This document shows, one piece after another, positions 45,770 to 53,797 of a stretch of 64,000 nt of DNA. Numbering within the stretch: the stretch's first letter is position 1; every line of letters begins with the position of its first letter. Position numbers and translations under genes: made by a program. The notes under the pieces are model-generated. The model worked only from the letters and a program-made list of their open reading frames with translations, did no database searches and had not been told where the DNA came from. Location: NCBI RefSeq assembly GCF_056712565.1, contig NZ_CM160072.1; one strand, written 5' to 3'.

Positions 45770-46520
45770 TAATCAAACTTCTGGACAACCAAAGCCAGAG
45801 CCAGAAGAATGTGTGAAAGAGCAAAAAATAACAGATCATTTTAAAATAATGATTGATAAGGCTCGTAAGGCACAAAAGTTGGTTTTGATAAAAAGAGCAG
45901 ATGATCTTTTGAGATGGGGAGCACAGGAGGAATATGATTTCAGTAAGATCTTTGGTGTTAAAGGAAATAAGGAGGTTAATATAAGAAAATATGGACATAA
46001 TACAGGTAGGCGCATGAATGCTAGATTTCTTATGATGGATGGTGTGAGAAGATTAATGATTATAGCTAATGATTTAACAATGAGCAGTTTTATAAATTAT
46101 ACAGGTTGTAATGAATTTGCAGCATTCGTCAGCCCAAGTAAGGATATGCCCTATATAATTAACATAGGCGCAAAATTTGAGTATAGAGATGGCAAAAAAA
46201 ATCCAGTAACGGGAAAGGATTCTCATGTTGCTACTTTATGTCATGAAATGTCTCATATTCAGTGGTATTATGGGGATAATAAAAAAGGTGGTATGTGGTC
46301 ACAGGATTATACAACTACTGATAAATATTCAACGTGCAAAGAGGATGAAGTTTCATATGACGAACATATCCGTATTGCAACTAAACTGATCTCTAAACAA
46401 AAAGATCAAATATTTGAGAATGCATATAACATAGAAAGATATTTTGAAATAAGATTAATTGAAAGTGAGATAGACTCGATTGATGATGAAATATTAAGCA
46501 ATTCAGTTAAGAAAAAATAG
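45759..46520 (+). CDS. putative T6SS cargo toxin with HExxH zinc-metallopeptidase-like motif (family unassigned)
   Basis: AT-rich ORF in track 45723..46520; probable ATG at about 45759 (AGGA RBS) overlaps the vgrG stop; contains TLCHEMSHIQWYYGD (HExxH); no signal peptide; directly downstream of and co-oriented with vgrG. Confidence 0.55.
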   Translation: MDDNNQTSGQPKPEPEECVKEQKITDHFKIMIDKARKAQKLVLIKRADDLLRWGAQEEYDFSKIFGVKGNKEVNIRKYGHNTGRRMNARFLMMDGVRRLMIIANDLTMSSFINYTGCNEFAAFVSPSKDMPYIINIGAKFEYRDGKKNPVTGKDSHVATLCHEMSHIQWYYGDNKKGGMWSQDYTTTDKYSTCKEDEVSYDEHIRIATKLISKQKDQIFENAYNIERYFEIRLIESEIDSIDDEILSNSVKKK

Positions 46521-46572
46521 CGGAATTAGAAAAAGCACTTCTCCATTAACTAATAAGTCGAGAAATATATTA

Positions 46573-47292
46573 ATGCTGCAAGCTATAAAAAAAATCATAA
46601 TAATGACAATCGTAAATATTATATTTTTCTATTCCTTTCAATCGACTGCGGATGAAATGGTTTTAATAAAAAAATACGGGTTTGGGCTTGAGAGAGATAT
46701 CAAAGGAAGGCCATTAATTTATCCTATCGAAAATTATGATGAGTGTAAGAAAAAATGCAATCATATGAATTATATAGCGGATGTCAATGCTCAATTAGCT
46801 ATGAGTAAAAAAAATAACAGGATTTTTGCTAACATAACCTTTACTAACAATAGCTCTACCACGTATTTTTTTTCTAAATATTATCTACCTATGAAAGTAA
46901 AAGATGGAAAAGGAGATGAATATGATGCGATATGCAAAAAACCATTCAGAATCAACTCTGGGAATATCACGTTGGACTACTTAGGTGGTTCATGTCCTTT
47001 TGAAATTAATACGAATCCTGAACGGTGGAATACTATTAAACCAGGTCGTAGTTTTTTGTTGAGTATAACCTTAAATGATATGTATGCCTTTATACCAGGA
47101 GATAATTATTATTTTATAAAATCATCTGGCTATAAATTTGTTAATGACAAGTGGTTTACACTCAAATCAATCAATAATATTTTTCTTTATTTTTTAAATT
47201 TAAAAATTAATTGTGCTGATGATTTTTTTGATATTAATAATTTTACTACATGTAATAATTTGTTATTGGATGAAAAAAACACTTTTTATTAA
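46573..47292 (+). CDS. candidate cognate immunity protein (N-terminal signal peptide or membrane anchor; family unassigned)
   Basis: 239 aa very AT-rich ORF immediately downstream of the putative toxin; hydrophobic N-terminus MLQAIKKIIIMTIVNIIFFYSFQSTA; Cys-containing, Asn/Lys/Tyr-rich; role inferred from position only. Confidence 0.4.
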   Translation: MLQAIKKIIIMTIVNIIFFYSFQSTADEMVLIKKYGFGLERDIKGRPLIYPIENYDECKKKCNHMNYIADVNAQLAMSKKNNRIFANITFTNNSSTTYFFSKYYLPMKVKDGKGDEYDAICKKPFRINSGNITLDYLGGSCPFEINTNPERWNTIKPGRSFLLSITLNDMYAFIPGDNYYFIKSSGYKFVNDKWFTLKSINNIFLYFLNLKINCADDFFDINNFTTCNNLLLDEKNTFY

Positions 47293-47469
47293 TCAGTTAT
47301 GGGCAATTGAGGATGAAAAAAATTCTATTTACGTCACCCCTGATGAAATTTCTATAAGTATAGACGGCGATAACTTAAAGTTGCCATATTAGGAATATGG
47401 GAAAGAACACGGTGCGCCGCTTTTTTGCACTAAATAATTTACATTTTATGTTCAATAATTGATACTAAC

Positions 47470-47613
47470 ATGTTGGATATTAAAGGTGAAATTATCACAA
47501 CTGATGCGATGGGTTGCCAGAAAGATATTGCAGAGAAGATACAAAAACAGGGAGGTAATTATTTATTTGCTGTAAAAGGACATAAGGAGCGGATTAATAA
47601 AGCCTTTGAGTGA
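47470..47613 (+). mobile_element. fragment of an ISAs1-family (H-repeat-type) transposase gene
   Basis: 47-codon [50 protein letters not shown]; the DAMGCQ region resembles the C-terminal part of H-repeat/ISAs1 transposases as I recall them; no inverted repeats or full-length gene. Confidence 0.4.
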
Positions 47614-47690
47614 AACTTCCGCTGAAAATTCAGGTTAACCGCGTTCCATGCAAACAATTTTCAAATATTCATCAATAAATAAGGAGTTCC

Positions 47691-48157
47691 ATGTTTATAC
47701 GACCAGTCAAACCTTCAGATGTTGAACCATTAATGGATATGCTGCTTGACAGGGATCAATTTGATCAAGATGGCCTTCATCATGTACAAAAAACACTAAC
47801 ACATTATTTCTCAGGTCAATCTGCCGATTTATGGTTTAGTGCAGAACACTTGGGACTGGCAGGGATTGCCTACTGTGCTTCTGAAATGATGACAAATGAT
47901 GTCTGAAATTTATTAATGCTCTGGATCAGTCCTTCCCATCAGCGCCAGGGAGTGAGACATCTGCTGATTAACGAAATAGAAAAGAGCTCACAATTAAACA
48001 GGCAAGACTACTATTAGTAGAGACCGCCAGCCATATCGATTTTAGTGCCGCCCGCGCATTTTATACAAAACAGGGCTTTATCAATGAGGCGATAATACGC
48101 AATTACTATGATGTTGGTGAGGATAAATTAATCTTCACTAAAAATATGCAATCGTGA
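47691..48157 (+). pseudogene. GNAT-family N-acetyltransferase gene disrupted by frameshift/stop
   Basis: 71-codon ORF (MFIRPVKPSDVEPLMDMLL...) followed in other frames by LLMLWISPSHQRQGVRHLLINEIEK (GNAT motif A-like) and FYTKQGFINEAIIRNYYDVGEDKLIFTKNM (GNAT C-terminus). Confidence 0.5.
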
Positions 48158-48222
48158 GATAAAATATGCTTTAACTCATATGGAAACATTGCTTAAACAA
48201 CTTGGTTGCTGCATATGATTCT

Positions 48223-48792
48223 TTAGCCCGCCGTAACTCGCTTACCACTGGTAACAAACGTGCCAGCACCTAAATGATGCAACGTATTGAGCTTATCATC
48301 ATCAAACTGCCAGCGGCCTTCGACAAATACCCGTGCGTCTGCCGCTGCTGATACCACTTCGCCAAATAGCGTATCGTATTTTTCTTGCGCGGAAGTTGCA
48401 GGTAGCAGGCGACACTCCATCCACGCCAGACATTTTTCCTCGACCAGCGGCAAACCAAGCACCGGGCCTCTCACTACCGGAATGCCGTAGCAATTAAATT
48501 TATCTTCTTCACGACCCGACACACTTCCCACCGCCCACGTCCAGTTAGTCGCCGCAACGCCCGGGATAACGATGCCAAACTTACCGTTACGTTCAATCAA
48601 CTCCCTGGTCCATGTCGATTTATCTACCACAATCGCCACGCGTGGCGGTTCAAACTCTACGGGCATCGACCAGGCTGCTGCCATAATGTTACGCCGCTGG
48701 GATTGCTCATCGAAACTGGTGATCATGACAGTTGGGCCATGATTTAACAGACGGCTGGCATGGTGTAATTCGACGGGAATGAATTGGCTCAC
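48223..48792 (-). CDS. yddH: flavin reductase-like domain protein
   Basis: 189 aa ORF; position upstream of nhoA as in E. coli. Confidence 0.8.
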   Translation of the reverse strand: MSQFIPVELHHASRLLNHGPTVMITSFDEQSQRRNIMAAAWSMPVEFEPPRVAIVVDKSTWTRELIERNGKFGIVIPGVAATNWTWAVGSVSGREEDKFNCYGIPVVRGPVLGLPLVEEKCLAWMECRLLPATSAQEKYDTLFGEVVSAAADARVFVEGRWQFDDDKLNTLHHLGAGTFVTSGKRVTAG

Positions 48793-48966
48793 GATATCGC
48801 CTCGCTATGAAGGGTGTTTTAAAAGCGTAGCTCGTAACGCAATAAGTAACGAAATTAACGGGATTGGCGATTTGCGAACGTGATGCATGTCCGCGATCGC
48901 ACAAAATAGCCAGTGCGGCGTCTATTCCAGGTTATAAGTTGAGAAAACCACTAAGGGAAACGCCTG

Positions 48967-49812
48967 ATGACGCCCATTCTGAATCATTATTTTGCCCGTA
49001 TTAACTGGTTGGGAGCTGCTGCGGCCAATATTGATACGCTGCGTGCATTGCACCTGAAACACAATTGCACCATTCCGTTTGAAAATCTCGACGTTTTGCT
49101 GCCGAGGGAAATACAGCTTGATGATCAATCGCTGGAAGATAAACTGGTGATAGCCCGTCGTGGCGGTTACTGTTTTGAGCAGAATGGCGTGTTTGAGCGG
49201 GTGTTACGCGAGCTGGGGTTTAACGTTCGCAGCTTGTTAGGTCGCGTAGTGTTATCAAATCCGCCAGCATTACCGCCGCGCACCCATCGTTTGCTGTTGG
49301 TGGAACTGGAAGGGGAAAAATGGATTGCTGATGTCGGTTTCGGTGGGCAGACGCTAACCGCGCCGATTCGTTTAATGCCGGATATCATGCAAACCACGCC
49401 ACACGGAGAGTATCGGTTGTTGCAAGAGGGTGATGATTGGGTATTGCAGTTTAATCATCATCAGCACTGGCAGTCGATGTACCGTTTTGATCTCTGCGAG
49501 CAGCAACAAAGCGATTATGTGATGGGCAATTTCTGGTCGGCGCACTGGCCGCAGTCGCATTTTCGCCATCATTTGCTGATGTGTCGCCATTTGCCGGACG
49601 GTGGCAAGCTAACGCTGACCAATTTTCATTTTACCCATTATGAAAATGGGCACGCAGTTGAGCAGCGAAATCTACCAGATGTGGCGTCGTTATATGCCGT
49701 GATGCAGGAACAGTTTGGTCTGGGCGTAGATGATGCGAAACATGGCTTTACTGTGGATGAGTTAGCGCTGGTGATGGCGGCGTTTGATACGCACCCGGAG
49801 GCGGGAAAATAA
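48967..49812 (+). CDS. nhoA: arylamine N-acetyltransferase (N-hydroxyarylamine O-acetyltransferase)
   Basis: 281 aa ORF; NAT family catalytic Cys region (RRGGYCFEQN). Confidence 0.9.
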   Translation: MTPILNHYFARINWLGAAAANIDTLRALHLKHNCTIPFENLDVLLPREIQLDDQSLEDKLVIARRGGYCFEQNGVFERVLRELGFNVRSLLGRVVLSNPPALPPRTHRLLLVELEGEKWIADVGFGGQTLTAPIRLMPDIMQTTPHGEYRLLQEGDDWVLQFNHHQHWQSMYRFDLCEQQQSDYVMGNFWSAHWPQSHFRHHLLMCRHLPDGGKLTLTNFHFTHYENGHAVEQRNLPDVASLYAVMQEQFGLGVDDAKHGFTVDELALVMAAFDTHPEAGK

Positions 49813-49825
49813 TTTATGTCAGGTT

Positions 49826-49900
49826 GCCGGATGTGGCGTAAACGCCTTATCCGGCCTACATTAGCCCGGTTGTAGACCTGATAAGCGAAGCGCATCAGGC
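49826..49900. repeat. pair of REP (repetitive extragenic palindromic) elements
   Basis: gccggatgtggcgtaaacgccttatccggcctaca and gcctgataagcgaagcgcatcaggc between convergent nhoA and yddE. Confidence 0.6.
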
Positions 49901-49907
49901 AACGGTT

Positions 49908-50801
49908 TCAGAGTTCAATTGCCCATTCGGCATGAAACAAAATCACCGCCGCGCCAGAAATGGTGACTTTCTCCGGTTGGTTATCTCGAATTGTCACCGT
50001 CACATCAATTACACCATCACGCCCCAATGCGCGCCCCTGATGGCCTTTAACACGCAACACGTTGCCATCGTGGGATAATACGTTGTGATGTACTAACCAT
50101 GCGCCCATCGGACCATTGGCATTCCCGGTCACCGGATCTTCCACAATACCAATCGCAGGCGAGAACATGCGACCGTCGGTTTCGCTTTTGCCTGGGCGGA
50201 TCTGGAACGGGAAGAAACCATTGCAGCCAATCTGCTTGCTGATTGCGGTCAGCGCAGCAAGGTCAGGCGAAAGGGCGTCGATATCCACTTCCGGCTTCAG
50301 TGGAATCATCACTTTTGAGTGTCCGGTGGTAGCCACCTGGATTGGCAAGCCTTGCAAAATATCGTCTTCAGTGAGATGAAGCGCGTTGATAATTGCCGCT
50401 CGTGTTTCACCTGTCAGTGGTGGCTCAAAGCCTGGAGTACCTTGTTCCAGCGAAATACGATAATCATCATTTTGCTTTTCGATAGTCACACGATGTTTTC
50501 CTGCCAGCGATGTTTGCCAGACCGTGCAATTTCCTAAACCTAACACCTTTGCACGTACATAGTGCGCAGCTACTGTCGCGTGACCACAAATCGGAACTTC
50601 AACCGTTGGCGTAAAGTAGCGGATGCGCACATCGCTGTCGTCGCTGTGCAGCAGAAAAGCAGTTTCCGAATGACCTAACTCGCGGGCGATAAGCTGCATT
50701 TGCGCTTCACTGAGATTATCGGCGGGGAAAACAACACCGGCAGAATTGCCGCGAAATGGTTGAGAGGTAAAAGCATCGACGTGGTAAACCTGCGGTTTCA
50801 T
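49908..50801 (-). CDS. yddE: PhzF-family isomerase-like protein
   Basis: 297 aa ORF; length and N-terminus (MKPQVYHVDAFTSQPFRGNSAGVV) match YddE. Confidence 0.85.
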   Translation of the reverse strand: MKPQVYHVDAFTSQPFRGNSAGVVFPADNLSEAQMQLIARELGHSETAFLLHSDDSDVRIRYFTPTVEVPICGHATVAAHYVRAKVLGLGNCTVWQTSLAGKHRVTIEKQNDDYRISLEQGTPGFEPPLTGETRAAIINALHLTEDDILQGLPIQVATTGHSKVMIPLKPEVDIDALSPDLAALTAISKQIGCNGFFPFQIRPGKSETDGRMFSPAIGIVEDPVTGNANGPMGAWLVHHNVLSHDGNVLRVKGHQGRALGRDGVIDVTVTIRDNQPEKVTISGAAVILFHAEWAIEL

Positions 50802-50880
50802 TAATGTTCTCCTGTGGCTGGAGAACTATCATAGCCTGCAAGTGGCCGGAGAGCGAAGGGCTATCCGGCCCGCGTGAGAA

Positions 50881-51561
50881 TTAACGCCGCGAACGCACAA
50901 TCTGATACCGACGAGTAAAGTACTCAAACGGCGCGCTCCAGACATGCACCAGTCGGGTGAACGGGAAGAGCAGGAAGATGGTCATTCCAAGCACCAGATG
51001 AACGCGGAATATAAAGGCGACACCATCAAGATGCGTAGATGCACCGCCCTGGAAAGTGACGATGCTTTGCGCCCAGCCCACCAACTTCATCATTTCACTG
51101 CCGTCCGGATGTTGTGCTGAAAAAGGAATGGTGGTTAACCCAAGAATGCACTGAATTAACAAAATGGCGAGGATCAGGATATCCGCACCAGAAGACGTCG
51201 CCCTGATACGCGGATTTGTTAAACGACGCACCAGTAGCCCCGCACCGCCAATCAGCGTCAATACCCCGCATATTCCGCCGAGGATCATCGCCATCTGCTG
51301 TTTTACCGCCACCGGCAGAAACCACGCGTACATCCAGTGTGGCGTTAACATGCCGAACAGGTGCCCGAAGAAAATCCCCAAAATGCCGATATGGAACAAG
51401 TTCGACCACAGCACCATCCCGCGTTTATCCAGCATCTGGCTGGAGGCGGCGCGCCAGGTGTACTGCCCGTGGTCGTAGCGCAGCCAGCTTCCAAGGATAA
51501 AAACCGTGCCGCACAAGTACGGGTAGATATCGTAAAAAAAGACGTTCAGATACTGAATCAT
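50881..51561 (-). CDS. narV: respiratory nitrate reductase Z, gamma (cytochrome b) subunit
   Basis: 226 aa membrane protein; last gene of narZYWV; start overlaps the narW stop. Confidence 0.9.
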   Translation of the reverse strand: MIQYLNVFFYDIYPYLCGTVFILGSWLRYDHGQYTWRAASSQMLDKRGMVLWSNLFHIGILGIFFGHLFGMLTPHWMYAWFLPVAVKQQMAMILGGICGVLTLIGGAGLLVRRLTNPRIRATSSGADILILAILLIQCILGLTTIPFSAQHPDGSEMMKLVGWAQSIVTFQGGASTHLDGVAFIFRVHLVLGMTIFLLFPFTRLVHVWSAPFEYFTRRYQIVRSRR

Positions 51562-52253
51562 TTCCCACCTCCCGCACTGATGTCGACATACTGCGGCGCG
51601 ACATCCTGGCTAAAGCGTCGCTGATATTGATTAAGCGGCGAGCTGTCACACGCCGTGGCGTTATCTTCAATAAACTTCACCTGTTCTTCTTCCCACACCG
51701 CATCCAGCGCCTGGTGGGTGTCGTCACGCTCTTCACTGCGAATCTGTTTTATGACACTGTCACTTGACAGAGGGCTTCCTGCCAGTTGCAACAGGGCGTC
51801 AAATAACGCGTACCACGGTGCCTCGCGTTGTTTTAAGCGTCCGCCAAGCAGGGCGAGGATCGGCGCAACGTTGAGTAATCCTTCTTTCGCCTGATCGTCC
51901 GGAAGTACGCTTAAATACTCCAGATACAGCGGTAGATAATCGGGCAGTTCCCTACAATTCAGTTGCAGACCGACCTTTTCATACTCCGCCAGCAGGTCCA
52001 CCATTGCCTGGCCGCGATCGCGGGACTCGGCATGAACATGTTCAAACAGCAGCAGCGACGTGGTGCGCCCGCGGTCAAACACTTCACACCATTCGGCCTG
52101 TTTATCCAGCAGCGGGGCGTTGAGCAGGTCGAGTGCAAAATCGGTGAGCATCGGCGCGTCGCGGCGGATAAGCGCCAGCGCGTCGTCCTTACACTCCCAC
52201 AACAACTCGTCTGGGTACTCCATCAACAGGCCGATCACTTTGAGGATCTGCAT
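51558..52253 (-). CDS. narW: nitrate reductase Z assembly chaperone (delta)
   Basis: 231 aa ORF between narY and narV. Confidence 0.9.
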   Translation of the reverse strand: MQILKVIGLLMEYPDELLWECKDDALALIRRDAPMLTDFALDLLNAPLLDKQAEWCEVFDRGRTTSLLLFEHVHAESRDRGQAMVDLLAEYEKVGLQLNCRELPDYLPLYLEYLSVLPDDQAKEGLLNVAPILALLGGRLKQREAPWYALFDALLQLAGSPLSSDSVIKQIRSEERDDTHQALDAVWEEEQVKFIEDNATACDSSPLNQYQRRFSQDVAPQYVDISAGGGK

Positions 52254-53797
52254 TATTCGCCCTCCGCTTTGTCGCGCACTTCGGTGATGTTGATGGCATC
52301 GATACGGCTACTGTTGAACAGGTTGAATTTGCTGTCCGAACCGTGGCAACCGTCGCCAAAGGTAAAACCGCAGCCGTTGCGTTCTGCGAAGGCATCGCCC
52401 GCCATTTCCCGATGGCTTGTCGGGATGACGAAACGATCTTCATAGTTGGCAATGGCGAGGTAACGATACATCTCTTCGACCTGGGCGACGCTCAGGCCTA
52501 CTTCGTCGATGGCACGAGTATCAGTAACGCCTTCCACGGTTTGTGAACGCATATAGTGGCGCATCGCCATCATCCGTTTCAGCGCCCGCAGTACCGGACC
52601 GGTATCACCGGCACTCAACATATTGGCGAGATATTGCACCGGAATACGCAGGCTTTCGATGGCGGGCAGCACGCCTTCGCTTTTCGGCAAGCCGCCCGCA
52701 TCAGCGTAGGACTGAATCGGTGACAGCGGAGGAACGTACCAGACCATCGGCAGGGTGCGGTATTCAGGGTGCAGCGGTAGCGCCAGTTTCCAGTCCATCG
52801 CCATTTTGTAGACAGGCGAACGCTGGGCAGCGTCAATCACGTTTTGTGGAATACCTTGTTTCAGGGCTTCTTCGATCACCGAGGGATCGTGCGGATCGAG
52901 GAACACTTCGCACTGGCGTTCATAGAGATCGACCTCTCGTTCGGTACTCGCTGCTTCTTCGATGCGGTCGGCGTCGTAGAGCAGCACGCCCAGATACCGG
53001 ATGCGACCCACGCAGGTTTCGGAGCAGACTGTTGGCTGACCGGACTCAATTCGCGGATAACAGAAAATACATTTTTCTGACTTACCGCTTTTCCAGTTGA
53101 AGTAGATTTTTTTGTATGGGCAACCGCTAATGCACAAACGCCAGCCACGGCATTTATCCTGATCGATCAGCACAATGCCGTCTTCTTCGCGTTTGTAGAT
53201 AGCGCCGCTGGGGCAGGTCGCTACACAACTGGGGTTAAGGCAGTGTTCGCACAAGCGCGGCAGGTACATCATGAAGGTGTTTTCAAACTGCCCGTACATC
53301 TCCTTTTGCATGGCCTCGAAGTTGCGGTCGCGGGCTCGTTTTTCAAATTCGCCGCCCAGCAGTTCTTCCCAGTTTGGGCCCCAGATCACTTTGTCCATCC
53401 GTTTGCCGTCAATCAGTGAACGCGGACGGGCGGTGGGAATATGTTTGCCTTCCGGCGCGCTATGCAAATGTTCGTAGTCGAAGGTGAAAGGTTCGTAGTA
53501 ATCGTCAATCTGCGGCACTACCGGGTTGGCGAAAATTTTGGTAATCACGCCCATTTTGCTGCCCAGACGCGGGCGTATCTTGCCATTCACATCACGCACC
53601 CAGCCGCCTTGCCATTCTTCCTGATCTTCCCAGTTTTTCGGATAACCAATGCCCGGTTTGGTTTCGACGTTGTTAAACCATGCGTACTCCATGCCTTCGC
53701 GTCCGGTCCAGACGTTTTTACAGGTCACCGAACAGGTATGGCAGCCGATACATTTATCGAGGTTAAGCACCATGCCGACTTGCGAACGTATTTTCAT
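52253..53797 (-). CDS. narY: respiratory nitrate reductase Z, beta (Fe-S) subunit
   Basis: 514 aa ORF with multiple Cys clusters (CIGCHTCSVTCK etc.). Confidence 0.9.
   Translation of the reverse strand: MKIRSQVGMVLNLDKCIGCHTCSVTCKNVWTGREGMEYAWFNNVETKPGIGYPKNWEDQEEWQGGWVRDVNGKIRPRLGSKMGVITKIFANPVVPQIDDYYEPFTFDYEHLHSAPEGKHIPTARPRSLIDGKRMDKVIWGPNWEELLGGEFEKRARDRNFEAMQKEMYGQFENTFMMYLPRLCEHCLNPSCVATCPSGAIYKREEDGIVLIDQDKCRGWRLCISGCPYKKIYFNWKSGKSEKCIFCYPRIESGQPTVCSETCVGRIRYLGVLLYDADRIEEAASTEREVDLYERQCEVFLDPHDPSVIEEALKQGIPQNVIDAAQRSPVYKMAMDWKLALPLHPEYRTLPMVWYVPPLSPIQSYADAGGLPKSEGVLPAIESLRIPVQYLANMLSAGDTGPVLRALKRMMAMRHYMRSQTVEGVTDTRAIDEVGLSVAQVEEMYRYLAIANYEDRFVIPTSHREMAGDAFAERNGCGFTFGDGCHGSDSKFNLFNSSRIDAINITEVRDKAEGE

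Noticed and set aside
47906-48222. Looked for the 4-oxalocrotonate tautomerase gene pptA expected near yddH
   Set aside because: No ORF of suitable size or sequence was found on either strand, so no feature is reported; absence is based on my recollection of K-12 gene order only
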